DNA of 64,000 nucleotides from Camelus ferus (taxonomy: Eukaryota), in contig NC_045697.1 of assembly GCF_009834535.1 (NCBI RefSeq), positions 22,322,001-22,386,000 of the forward strand, written 5' to 3'. Below, piece after piece: positions 39,816 to 52,384 of this stretch. The translations under genes were made by a program, and so were the position numbers. The notes beneath the pieces were generated by a model, which saw only the letters and a program-made list of their open reading frames with translations, searched no databases and was not told the DNA's origin. The first letter of the stretch is position 1. The number at the start of each line of letters is the position of its first letter.

Positions 39816-41243
39816 TGAGAAGTAAGGAGGAAGCAGAGAGGGAGGGAAGGAGGGGAGGTGGGAGGAAGGAAGATAGCCTTTTAACCAATTTACAGAAAGC
39901 TTTACTGGAGAGGTTCTTAACTCTGTTCTGTAATGTAATTCTCCTTAAATGAATGGTCTTCTAATTTTCACTGTGAACATGTTTAGATGTTTTAGACTGC
40001 TTTAGAAGGAATGAGTTCACACAATTGCCTCTCCATTCTAAACTTTTTCCTATTATCTTGTAGAAAAAGCACTTCTCTCACAAATGTCTATAGGCATCTA
40101 TAATTTCCATGTGGGGCAAACAAAATTATTGCAGTTAAACACAGCACTTCTCTTTCTGGACGGGCTCTGAAACTGTGGCTTCTAATATTCAGAACATGAA
40201 ACCTACGTGAGAGTTTGTAAAGACAATGAAGACAGCAGGTGGAAATTTAATGGGTTTTGATCTAGGTTCCAGGAATGTTCTCGTTAAGAGTCTTAAAACC
40301 AAGTTTGAGTTCTTCTCTGTTCCAGGCAAAATTCCATCATCCCATCTTATTCCTTCAAATATTTAGGAGCATTACGGACTGCCCCAGATCCTTAGCCAGG
40401 ATTTGTCTAGGATTTTTATGAATTGTTTCTGTCCTCTCAGATAGAAGTTCTTTCCATGATTAAAGACATTTAAGCAAATAGAGAACAGGCAGGCTCTTTG
40501 GGCTCATTTTGCATTCATGAGATCCTTCAAGTCCTTAAAAAACAGAAGTCATCTTCTAATCCCAGCATGACTAATGCATTTCTGGGTTGTGGCCACCACA
40601 CTTGAGGCTGAAAAAAAAAAAAAAATCAAACTCTTAGCTTTAGATGTTTTGCCTTTATGCCTTGCCACCATGGGAGATTTTTTAAAAGGACAAGGCTTGT
40701 TTTACACAAGGTTTCCTGTGAAAAGGCAGTGGGTGGAGGGAAATGAAGGTTAATGCACGAACAGAGTTCAGTTACTCTGCTCCTCCTGGCTTCCAGGCAT
40801 TTCTTCTGAGTTATTTATAAATAGATGTACTGGATGCCCTGTTATTTTGCATAAGTGTCCAGTTTTAGTTAGGCAAGGTACACAAGTATTTTAATTAGAT
40901 ATCCAAATACATCATCTGAGATTTTTTTTCCCTCTGAAAATAAAAGTAATTTGATTTCTTCTTCATTAAACATAAGGGCAGTAAAATTTTATGAATAGAT
41001 TTTCAGCTCAAGAGATTGAGATCTTTTCTATAGGACTGTAATATATGCACATATTATTTCCTCTTAAATTTCTCTAAGCTAATGAAGTGTATGAAAGTAA
41101 TGAAGTTAAACCACAACTTGTTAAGAGTGGTTCAGTTTTCCAATGTGACAAAGGAAAAGAGTTTCTAGGTTTATGCCACTGCCCTGAATTAGAGTCTGCT
41201 TTGTTCTGCTGCTTTTTAAATTCAGTATAAAAAATTGTAAGTA

Positions 41244-41266
41244 TGTGTGTGTGTGTGTGTGTGTGT
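41244..41266. repeat. (TG)n microsatellite
   Basis: Directly visible. Confidence 0.95.
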
Positions 41267-41614
41267 CTTCAATGAGATGAAATGAGAAACAGCATCTTGT
41301 CAGACCACTGGAATAGAACTGTCACTCTCTTTTTTGTCACTATGTATTATTTGACTATAAAATTAGGGCAAGAGGGTAGGAGAAAAGATCTTTAACCATA
41401 AAAGTCGGATGCCGTAGACCCTGCATTTTTCAGAATGTCTTTAACGTATCCAAATCACAGGGTTTTCCAGGTGGTTTTCACTGCAATCATCAACCAACTA
41501 AAATTTGCTACGATACTGCTCCTAATTCTCAGTTTTCTTGCATGGAAGTTAAAGCCTGGACGATACCGCAGCTGCAACAGACACTGGCTTCTGAGTGGGG
41601 AGGCGATGCATGGT

Positions 41615-41770
41615 GAGTAATGTGGCTGTGAAGCCCAGTCCTCCCCCTCACTGGTGGGGCCCAGAGACCAGTTATTTAACTTACTGGAAACTCACTTTTC
41701 TCATCCACAAGATGGAGACTGTCTTACGGTGGTTGGAAGAGCTGCAAAGAATATGAAGAGACATCTGCGT
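41615..41770 (+). mobile_element. Degenerate MIR
   Basis: cagttatttaactt...ctcacttttctcatccacaagatggaga. Confidence 0.6.
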
Positions 41771-42349
41771 ACTCATTAATGGAGTCATTCTCATTTTATC
41801 ATCTTTGCTCCACAAATACTTCTTTCTGTTTGACATCTTTCTGTTTTCTTTTATTTCTATTGGCTGAGGCTAGACTGTCTCTACTGAATATTGCTCACAC
41901 TTAATGTGTAAAAGTGTGTTTTTACTCTTTTCATCAGTAGTCAGTAGGAATCCTTTTATCATTGGAGATTGCCTGCTTCTTTATAACGTGGCTAACTTTT
42001 AATAACTCTTACCATGAATTTTAAAACATGTTTAAACTCCAGATTTATTTACGTTTTTTGGAGGGACTCACTTAAATCATGTGCATTTCAATCCATTCTT
42101 TCAGATATTTTATTGAACAAATAGGAAATCAAGTGTTTATATGAGTGAGAGTATGTTTCATATTATCTTTGTATGACTGTGTATCTTTGGATAATTCTAT
42201 TCTTGGGAAAAGTGTGTTTCTGAATAACTGTGTGCATTTAGATAAAAGCAAATGTGGCCACACAAGCCAAATGAAACCTAAGTAAATTAGGATAGTTTTC
42301 AGATTCTTGAGGTATCACTCTTTGCAGCATGGCTAAAGTTCCCTTCTAT

Positions 42350-42455
42350 GGTGGTTGTCATACTGCAATACAGAAATGTGTCACATCAACATATTGCACA
42401 CTTAAACTTACACAATATTATATGTCAATTACATTGCAATTAAAAAAAATAAATA
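42350..42455 (+). mobile_element. Older L1 3' tail
   Basis: cacttaaacttacacaatattatatgtcaattac...attaaaaaaaa. Confidence 0.7.
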
Positions 42456-42474
42456 TTTTTAAAAAGTTTCCCTG

Positions 42475-42586
42475 AACTCTAATTTGAAAAGATACATGCA
42501 CCCCAATGTTCATAGTAGCACTGCTTACAATAGCCCAGATATGGAAGCAACCTAAATGTCCATCAACAGATAACTGGATAAAGAAG

Positions 42587-42620
<34 letters not shown>

Positions 42621-43078
42621 GGAATACTACTCAGCCATAAAAAAGAATACAATAATGCCATTTGCAACAATTCGGATGGACCTGGAGACTGTCATTCTAA
42701 CTAAAGTAAGCAGCAAGAGAAAGAGAAATACCATATGATATCATTTACATGTGGAATCTAAAAATAAGATACAAATGAACTTATGTACAAAACAGAAACA
42801 GACTCACAGACATAGAAAACAAACTTACGGTTACCTGGGGGGAAAGGGAGTGGGAAGGGATAAAATGGGAGTTTTAGATTTGCAGATACTAACTACTGCA
42901 TATAAAATAAGTAAACAACAAGTTTCTTCTGTATAGCATTGGGAACTATATTCAATATCCTGTAGTAGCTTACAGTGGAAAAAATATGAAAATGAATATA
43001 TGTATGTTCATGTATGACTGAAACATTATGCTGTACACCAGAAATTGACACATTAGAAACTGACTATACTTCCATTAA
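42475..43078 (+). mobile_element. 5'-truncated L1 (ORF2 end + 3' UTR)
   Basis: gatacatgcaccccaatgttcatag...ggaagcaacctaaatgtccatcaacaga; TSD aaaaagtttccctg (42461-42474) / aaaaagttttcttg (43079-43092). Confidence 0.95.
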
Positions 43079-43967
43079 AAAAAGTTTTCTTGTGTATCAG
43101 GAATGGAAAGGGATAGGATTTGAAGATGCCAAATGACCTTTAGACATCCTCTGAGAATAAACATGTATTTTATACTGTTTTTAGAAGGCATCTTTCCTCT
43201 CCTCATGGCCCGGTTCAAAGAAGAGCTCTCTGAAACTACCCTTAATGGTGCAGAATTAATTGCTTTTTCATCCAAAATTTCTACAGTACATTCTACATGT
43301 TTTTGTTAAAATATGTATCACATTCCATTTTTTGGTGACTGCATGTAAGTATCTGCCTTACTAGAGTTAGACTTCTACAGGAAATTGGTTATGCTTTTCT
43401 TTTCCTGTCCCAGGAGGGCACCCAAGCAGAATAAGTCCTCTGTGGATATTTATTTGGTTTGCAGACATTTTAGAATTAGATGTTTTGTTACTCTTAAATG
43501 TCGACAAGCAACCTGTCCTCCCAGGGCAATTCTATAGAAAAAACTGGAATATTTTGCAATGCAGTAAGAATCTATCCAGGATTTCACTGGTTGGCATGAA
43601 TTAGGAATTTAAGAATGATTTTACTAGGTTGAAATTATAAATTCATTGTATTTACATATCTTCATGTTCCCTAATATTTTGCCACCTTAAATAGTCCAAT
43701 ATATTATACATGCAAATAGAGGTATTTAGTTCAAATTCCTAAATGAAATATGTTGTTCTAATTTCCCTCCTAGTTGCAAAATGGGTATTTATGGATTAAA
43801 AAGGGGAAGAATTCCCTAGACATCCTCTGGTCACTTCCCTGAGCTCCTTGCCCAGGTAAAACCACAGGTTGCTGCATTTCCCTGCAGCCCCTTGAATTGT
43901 AAATGTATTAACTAAATGTATCTGCTTTTACGGACTTTTAATGTTCTGAGACATTGTTCTTAAGAGT

Positions 43968-44938
43968 GAACACTCCCTTACACCATACACAAAAATAAAT
44001 TCAAAATGGATCAAAAACTTAAACATAAGACAAGATACAATAAACCTCCTAGAAGAAAACATAGGCAAAACTTTATCTCACATACATCTCAGAAATGTTC
44101 TCCTAGGGCAGTCTACCCAAGCAATAGAAATAAAAGCAAGAATAAACAAATGGGACCTAATGAAACTTACAAGCTTCTGCATAGCAAAGGAAAACATAAG
44201 CAAGACAAAATGACGACATATGGAATGGGAGAAAATTTTTGCAAAAGATGAAATGGACAAAAGCTTGATCTCCAGAATATATAAGCAGCTCATACAACTT
44301 AATAAGAAAAAAATAAACAACTCAATCCAAAATGGGCAGAAGATCTAAACAAGCAATTCTCCAAGGAAGAAATATAAATGATCAATAGGCACATGAAAAA
44401 AATGCTCAATATCACGAATTATCAGAGAAATACAAATCAAAACTATGATGAGGTATCGCCTCACACCAGTCAGAATGGGCATCATTCAAAAGTCCACAAA
44501 TGACAAATGCTGGAGAGCCTGTGGAGAAAAGGGAACCCTCCTACACTGCTGGTGGGAATGCAGTTTGGTGCAGCCACTGTGGAAAACAGCATGGAGATTC
44601 CTCAAAAGACTAGGAATAGACTTACCATATGACCCAGGAATCCCACTCCTGGGCTTGTATCCAGAAGGAAATCTACTTCAGGATGACACCTGCACCCCAA
44701 TGTTTATAGGAGCACTATTTACAATAGCCAAGACATGGAAACAGCCTAAATGTCCATCAACAGATGACTGGATAAAGAAGATGTGGTACATTTATACAAT
44801 GGAATACTATTCAGCCATAAAAAACCGACAATATAATGCCATTTGCAGCAACATGGATGCTCCTGGAAAATGTCATTCTAAGTGAAGTAAACCAGAAAGA
44901 GAAAGAAAAATACCATATGAGATTGCTCATATGTGGAA

Positions 44939-44978
<40 letters not shown>

Positions 44979-45288
44979 ATAAATACAAAACAGAAACAGA
45001 CTCACAGACATTAGAATACAGACTTGTGGTTGCCAGTGGGGAGAGGGGTGGGAAGGGACAGACTGGGAGTTTGAAATGTATAGATACTGACAGGCACATG
45101 TAGAATAGATAAACAAGATTATACTGTACAGCACAGGGAAATACATACAAGATCTGGTGGTAGCTCACAGTGAAAAAAATAACAGTGAATATATGTATGT
45201 TCATGTATAACTGAAAAATTGTGCTCTACACTGGAATTTGACACAACATTGTAAACTGACTATAACTCAATAAAAAAAAATTAAAAAA
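43968..45288 (+). mobile_element. 5'-truncated, relatively young L1 (disrupted ORF2 3' part + 3' UTR)
   Basis: ORF 44445-44885 ([11 protein letters not shown]...[18 protein letters not shown]) is the ORF2 Cys-rich domain; frameshifts/stop present; AATAAA + poly(A); short TSD aagagt (43962-43967, 45289-45294). Confidence 0.97.
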
Positions 45289-46344
45289 AAGAGTACTCAA
45301 GCCCTCATTAATAACTAAAGCAATTAGATTTAATTAGAAGGGTCTCTAACTACATGAAATCAAGATAAGATCAAATTAAACAATTTTGCTTTACATAGGG
45401 TTTTTTTTATATCCTCTCTTGACTCCCTGAAAATTGAGTTTCCCAAACCCCACTATTTTCTCATTGAACTAGTGATATTCCGCACAACAAAATGTCTGAA
45501 TTTTAAGGATTAAAAAAATCTAAGATATATTAATACATTTAGCCTAACTTAGATATTTGGAGACACTTTATTTTTTATTTTTTATTTTCTAAGATCCTGC
45601 AAGGATAAATCAGTTCAGCTAGCACTAGGTAAATGTCTATCAGATCCTATGACTGGGTCCCATTGCTCTATAGATCGAGAGCAGAGTATGTATTTTCAAA
45701 ATTGCTTTTGTGCTTCACGTTAGGAAAGCTTTGTATGTGTCTACCCCTCTCCTTTTATTCCGCTGTGTCTACATGTATGTGGGCATGCGTGTCTTGTGTG
45801 AAACACGAGAAGATGCTTATCTCCACCGCTCAGCTAATTTTGTAAGAGATAGGAGCAGTCATAATAACAGAAGGAGGTATTTTTGGATTCAGACATTGCA
45901 CCAAGCCAAATAGTTCATGTAGTGCAGTACGTCCTCATGGAGCTGAAAAACCAGCTTTTGTGTTTCATGGAGTCCCTTAAACTGAAGCAAATTTAAACTA
46001 GGCTGCAAGGTCAGTAGAGAATATTTCTTTTTTATTTCCTTCTGTGTGGAAGTGGATTTCAGTTCACATAAAGTATTATCATGTGTGCCCTGTCAGAGCT
46101 TTCTTATATTCAGCGATTTAAGGGCTGACGGCATATTATCGAGAGAGGCAATACTAGGGGGCAATTGCAAAGTCCCTAACTTTGGAGTAAACTGAGTGGT
46201 AAGAAGATTTGAAGCTATGTTAGACAGATAGAGGAAGAGACAGGGAAAATGATGCCTTTGGGGGTGTAGAGGAGTTGAGTTGAAAATTCATTTGTCTGTT
46301 ATTTTTCATTTAAAAAAAATTCTATTTCTACTTAGTTACTGTAT

Positions 46345-46830
46345 TTTCATTTATTAATTCACGTAAGAAATATATATTGTGTCCTATCGTGTCTCAGACA
46401 TCACGCTAGATGCAGGAGATTCCAAGGTGAACAAAACTAATGTGATACTCACTCTTGTAGAGTCTGCAGACATTCAATGCAGATGTGTGGATGCATGTGT
46501 ATCTGCAATGACAGAAGACGCGGGAGAAACACAAAGACAGAGGGTGACATAAAGTAGTCAAAAAGAAATAAAAAACACCAACAGTAGAAGCAGGAAGTCA
46601 CTCCTTGTGGAAGTGGTAGTTAATCTGAGATTGGAAAACTGAATAAGAATTGATGAGATAAAGGTGCGAAGGGGAAAGCAAGGCAGTGGGGTGAGGTGGG
46701 TAGGGGTGAGTCAGGGAAGGGACATGGGGGGAGGGGAGATGTAATGGGTTGCGATCTTGAAGCAAGAAGGGAATTGGCCCATTTGATGAACAAGTTAAGC
46801 TGAGGATCATTATGTCTGAACCATAGAACA
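46345..46830 (-). mobile_element. L2 LINE fragment
   Basis: ttcatttattaattcac...gtcctatcgtgtctcagacatcacgctagatgcaggagat...gtgaacaaaac. Confidence 0.65.
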
Positions 46831-47239
46831 GCGGGTAGTATTTTTGAGACAAGGGAGAAGAGTTAACTATTAACACGACACACTGTTGTTTTAAAATGGG
46901 GAGAGAGAAAGTATGTACATGGTTTTAGCATGTCCACTGCTCTGTCTGGAGTATGCATCATACAGAAACAGTGCTCTGGTAAATTACTGGTTATCGTTTT
47001 ATAAAAACTTTCCTGAAACTCCCAGGCATAATTTAGGACTTCTAACCCGGTATTACGTTGATAATTAGGACCTATTTTCCTACGTTCACTGATTCGTTCA
47101 GCCAACTTGTCCAGAAACCAGTATGTTCCTGAGACTATGCTAGATGTTGAAATAAACGCATAGGAGGTTACGTATAACAGTGTTCTTGCCGCCAGGAAGT
47201 TTATATTATAGAGGACAAATGCTTATCTCACTGTTGTAA

Positions 47240-48250
47240 TATTTTAAAATAAGCTTTCTGTTTTATAATATTTCTAGATTTACAGAAAAATGGTAGAGAC
47301 AGTACAGACAGTTTCTGTATATCTCACACTCACTTCCCCCTATTATTACCATCTTACATCAGTATAATACATTTGTCATGATTAATAAAGCAATTAATAC
47401 ATTGTTATTAGCTAAAGGCCATACTTCATTCAGATTTCCACAATTCTTATTTTATGTTCATTTTCTGTTTCAGGATCCCATCCAGAATATAAGGCTACAT
47501 TTAGTCCTACTGTCTCCTTAGGCGCCTTTGGCTGTGAAAGTTTCTTAGGCATTTGTTGTTTCTGATGATCTCAACATTTTGAGGAGATCTGGTCAGGTAT
47601 TTTGCAGAATGCCCATCCACTGGGATTTGACTGAGGTTTTGATCATGGTTAGACTGGAGTTATGGGTTTTGGGAGGAAGATCACAGAGGGTAAGTGTCAT
47701 TTTCATTGCATCACATCTAAGGAACACTGTCAGCATGACGTCACTGGGATGTTGACTTTGAGCTCCAGGCTGACGTAGTGTTTGTCAGGTTTCTCTGCTG
47801 TAAAGTTAAGTCTTTTTTCTACACTGTCCTTTTTTCAAAGGAAGTGGCATGAACAGCCTACACTCAAGTAATGAGTATTTATGCTCCACCTCCTTAGGGA
47901 AGGAGTTTCTACATAATTTTTTTGGAATTCTTCTGTATGAGAGATTTGTCTTCTCTATTTATTTCCGTATTTATGTAATCATTTATTTATTTCACTGTGG
48001 AATCATGGATGTTTATTTTATACTTTGAGTTAGGACCCAATACTGCTTTAATTATTTTGTTGCTCAAATTGTTACATCTTAGTCCATTGGGAGTTCTTTT
48101 ATTTGGACCTTGATTCCATTTGACTTACCCTTTACCATTTTTCATCTCGCTCTGCTCCTAACACTTTCTAACTTTCTGGCACTACAAGATGTTTCAGGTT
48201 TATCTTGTGCATTTCCTGCCTCAGTAGTACAAATAGTCATTTCTCCATGG
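47240..48250 (-). mobile_element. Old L1 (L1MC-like) 3' UTR
   Basis: tagatttacagaaaaatgg...tttctgtttcaggatcccatccag...ctggtcaggtattttgcagaatg. Confidence 0.85.
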
Positions 48251-48489
48251 ATAATTTCTGTTGTTGTTTTTGCATGTATGTTCTTCCACACTTTGAACTA
48301 CTTGAGGATGCTGTTTGTTTGTTTGTTTGAATATTTATATTTCTTCAACTGAAATCACATTTATTCCCCTGTTAAGACAAATAAGATATTTGCCAAGAAA
48401 TTAATTAATCATGCACATGTTCTGATGCAGAGGTCACTCCATATTTATGTTTTCTTCTGTTTTCTATTAATACTTCTTACTGATTCTTA

Positions 48490-48700
48490 TTATTTAATAG
48501 CCACTATGCTAAAAGGTTTTCATCAATTGTGTCATTAAACTCTCCCAACTCCTCTATTAATTTGGTGTTATTTTATTTACTCCTTACAGGTGAGGAAACT
48601 GAGGCACAAAGAGGTTGAGTAACTTAACCAAAGTCACACAACTAGAGAGAGACCAGCAAGAGATTGAGTGATGGACTTGTTCCAAAGGTCAAAGCAAGTC
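48490..48700 (-). mobile_element. MIR SINE
   Basis: ttacaggtgaggaaactgaggcacaaagaggttgagtaacttaaccaaagtcacaca. Confidence 0.9.
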
Positions 48701-48734
48701 CGTCTTGATAAACAGCATTGATCTTTTAAAAAAA

Positions 48735-48871
48735 TTCTTATTTTTTATTAAAATGTAGTCGATTTACAATGTTAGTTTCAGGTGTACAACAAAGCAATTC
48801 GGTTATATATATATATATTTTTTTCAGATTCTTTTCCATTACAGCTCATTATAAGAAATTGAACATATTTC
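48735..48871 (-). mobile_element. L1 3' tail
   Basis: gtagtcgatttacaatgttagtttcaggtgtacaacaaag...tcagattcttttccatt, same family as 7230-7420. Confidence 0.88.
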
Positions 48872-49956
48872 ACTAGCACTGGCTTTTTAAGCTTAATTCT
48901 TCTAGTCTTTGCTATATCTGGTACTTCTGGTACTCGCGGCTGCTGCTTTATTCCAGCAACCTCCAAATCCTTTTATTTTAATTGTAGGGATTCACCCTGC
49001 TTTTCTCCTCTCCCACCTTTGATAGCCGCTTCCATCTCAGTAATGTTCTTTTGACTTTCAACTGACTTCCCTTATTGGGGATATAGCCCCCCCCACCCCA
49101 GTTCTTCTTTACTTTGTTAACCCACACAACCATGCAGAGCTGTTTTTTTTTTTTTTTTTTGAAAAGCCCACTGATATACCTCACATGAGAAAACTATAGG
49201 TAATAACAAAATTACCAGAGAGGTTTAAAAGTTCATAAAATACTACTTCTTTACCTAGTGCTCCTGATTCATTCACAGAGAGCAAGTTGAAGCCATAACT
49301 GGGCTTTGACATCCAGTCTCCCTCCTCCATCATCACTGTGGAGAAATTGCATTGTTCTTCCCTCCCTTGATGATGATGCCACTTCTGAGATGAAGTCATC
49401 CTGAAGACCAGACACTGTTTCAAACCAGTGGCTAGAATCTCTGCGGCTACCAGACGAGCCAGCACTTAATTCACTGGGTCTCTGCCCTGATTAGAAATGA
49501 TTTTCTTGTAAATTTCCTCATCTTTCTCTTTTTGAGAAACACTTTTGTGTTCTTTTCTTTGTTTGTTTGTTTATTTGTTTGTTTGTTTCTTTCATTCTTT
49601 CTTTCTCTCTTTCTTTCTCTTGAGAGGAGACAGAGAAGGAGAATTCTAAGAGCATGGACACACTTTAAGACATTTTGGAGAAGTGAGGGGAAACATGGGG
49701 AAAAGTGATGTCCAGGGTTTTAAGGGGGCAAGGAAAAAGGAGAGACAGCACAGTGCCTTGGGCTTCCCTGTGGGAACAAGACAACCACAAAAACGTACGA
49801 AGAGACATAGGTCAGCAATGTCTGGTGGCTGGTTCTTTTTCCGAACTACAGAGTCCCTTCACTTTCCAGCCGTAAGTCTAGCGATGGAAGGTGAGTTTAA
49901 GAAGAAACAAGGTAACTCATGTTTTATTTTTTAAACTTGAAACTTATTTCCCAAGG

Positions 49957-50143
49957 GCTTACACCGTTTCTGGAAGTACTGCAATACCAGGCCAGTGCGT
50001 GGAGTGGGCGGTGCAAGCTCTCTTCCAACTCTCTGCTCCAAAGATCCATTTCATATATTGTCCTCAAGTAGAGGGTGTGTCAGATATTAAGCTGATAAGA
50101 ACAGATAATATACTTGATCTTAGCCAAAAGGCCGAGAAGTGAT
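49957..50143 (-). pseudogene. U2 snRNA pseudogene/variant, full length
   Basis: Minus strand ATCACTTCTCGGCCTTTTGGCTAAGATCAAG...CCTGGTATTGCAGTACTTCCAGAAACGGTG is collinear with U2 over its whole length (~85% by eye against recalled human U2); branch-site pairing GTAGTA reads ATATTA and Sm site ATTTTTG reads ATCTTTG. Confidence 0.93.
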
Positions 50144-50991
50144 AAAGTTCCTACATTTCTAATCAAGCTCCATATTAAAAACTCCCACCTTTTATTCTGG
50201 ACTTCTGAAATGCTCTGCCTTCAACTGTGTGGGATTTCCTAGAGGAATTTAATTTCCCCTTTAGTTTTAGCTACTTAAGTTAAGCAACCAGACATCATTT
50301 TAATTTTGCCTTTTTGTCAGGCATCCTTCAAAATATCTTAACACTGCTGTCAATCTCTCTAATTTTCAGGGACCAGAAGTGCATGGGGCATGTCAACAAT
50401 GCAGCATTTTTGAAACTTCCAACTGGTAAAATAGATAATAGCAAAGCTTTTTATTGTATAGATTTTTCCTTATGAAACCTATTCAGCTTTTAATTTTGAT
50501 CTGAAGTTTTTCCTTATTTCACCCACGATTAGAATTTCATAAAAGACATTCTCCCAACCACATTCATGGAGCAAGGGATTGTTTTTGATTTATTGTATTA
50601 TACACACCCTGAAGGGCCAAAAAGTTCAGGAAATGCATGTAACTAGACCAGTAATCCTGAGTCTTATCAAAATCACCTGGCAAATCTACTGCCCGAAGGA
50701 ACGTCATGGCCCTGATACCTCGAACTCAGTTGGTTGGAGAAAGTACCATGCTCCCTAAGGGTTTTGGACTGGAATGTGCCTCTTAATCCCAGACATATCT
50801 GAGTACCGATGAGAGCAGTCACATGTTTCTAACCATTTCTTAAGCTCTTTTCTATTTTAGACATACCCATTCACTTGGTAACTATCAATTTAAAAGTAGC
50901 TATTTACGTAAATTAAATCATTTACAAATAGTAACCAATAGTAAAAACAAATTTGAGCTAGATTAAGCCATAAGAGAGAATTTGTTCTCAG

Positions 50992-51624
50992 TGAGACAGT
51001 AGGGAAGGGGGCAGGGCACAACCTTTAAAAGAATGACATAGCCCTTGAGGAGATGACAAAAACTGGTTAGGACCTCCTAAGCCCAAGATTGTGGAAGGTT
51101 TGACTTCCACTGGAACTTGAGCCTCGTTACATGCTCATTGTAGTTCATTAGCATATTAAATATTGGTGTATTGGCCATGACAATTCCCAGGCTGACACTC
51201 AAAGGCCAAAAAGGGGGCAGGGGCCCAATTCCTGGAAATCCCTACCCCTACCCCCAAATAGTTGGAAATAATCCTCCCACTGGTTAGCATATGAAATTAC
51301 GAAGTCTATAAAAACTAACCACCCCACACTCCACATCCCAAGGCATCTTGCCTTTTGAGATGACCCTCATTCTGCCTATGGAATGTGTATTTCCTAAGCT
51401 GCTCTCACTTTTCCTAGATGACCGCATATCCTGGGGTCACTCTCCCTTCTAAGACAGACCACTCTGTCTATGGAGTGCGTCTCTCTCTAAATAAACGCGT
51501 TTTCACTTTAGTATGGTTCACTCTTGAATTCTTTACTCCACAAAGCCAAGGATCCTCCCTTGGCAAGGTGCATCCCAGAGACCTGGGACATGACCACCCT
51601 CTTGTGCCCCATTTTCATGCATCA
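50992..51624 (+). mobile_element. ERV1-class LTR, complete U3-R-U5
   Basis: tgagaca...gcatca termini, TATAAAA 51307-51313, AATAAA 51490-51495; no TSD visible. Confidence 0.85.
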
Positions 51625-51889
51625 AAAAGACATAGGGGTGTGTGTGTGAGAGTGTGTGTGTGTGTATTTTTTTTTTTTTGAACTCATGGGAAACAATGCA
51701 GGTACTGCAACAGGAAATTAAGAGCCTTCCAGAATTCAAAATCTTTCTCTCTACCCCAGCTGAGACTGGTATCTCCTGTTTTCAATTCTAAGTCCCAAAG
51801 AAAGGGACTCTGATAGATTCAGCTTGAATCATCAGCTTGCCCCAGTGGTTAAAGCTTCAGGTAGAGATTTGACTTCTGGAGACCACACT

Positions 51890-52325
51890 GGTGAGTTTGT
51901 GTGTTTGTATATGTGTTGTAGATGTATGGTACTGCCAAAATTAATTTGTAAAAGAGCACTGTTTAATTGTCTTGAAGGAAATTAAGTGCTTAATATAAAT
52001 AGTCAGAAATATTAAAGAAACAGGCCAAAATTAATCTAAGGTCCACATGATCTGGAAAATATTCAGTACTAAATCGTTATCTGGTATTGAAGCTAGCTTA
52101 AGCTTGTTGGTTTGAGGAACATGGACATGTCCTTAGAGTCATCAATTTTAAATATAATACTTCTGTTGTACCTAGGAAGGAAAGTAAAATTAAAGCTGCT
52201 AAATAAATAAGGGAAACTTTTCAGGATGCCAGAAAGTAAAATGTTTTTCCAGTAAAAGAAGGTACGAGGAAGGGAATTGCATTTTGTTAAGGGAGAAGAA
52301 AGCAAATTTTGTCCTAAAGAAAATT
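51890..52325. mobile_element. Possible ERV1 (MER4-group-like) internal fragment
   Basis: tactgccaaaattaatttgtaaaagagc...tttaattg...aagtgctt resembles recalled ERV1 internal sequence. Confidence 0.4.
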
Positions 52326-52384
52326 AGGGACAAAATAATATAGATACAGAAAGTTGTAGAAGGTTCATAGAAGAAGACTCCTGA

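Noticed and set aside
44445..44885. 146-aa ORF as a functional gene
   Set aside because: L1 ORF2 C-terminal remnant with frameshifts in a 5'-truncated element.
49843..49858. ZNF143/THAP11-type ACTAYRNNNCCCR motif next to the U2 copy
   Set aside because: ACTACAGAGTCCC is off by one in spacing and lies 3' of U2.
49957..50143. Functional U2 snRNA gene
   Set aside because: Branch-site recognition and Sm-site mutations; no convincing PSE core or octamer upstream.
50645..50840. Possible MER5-like DNA transposon
   Set aside because: Similarity too weak to support by eye.
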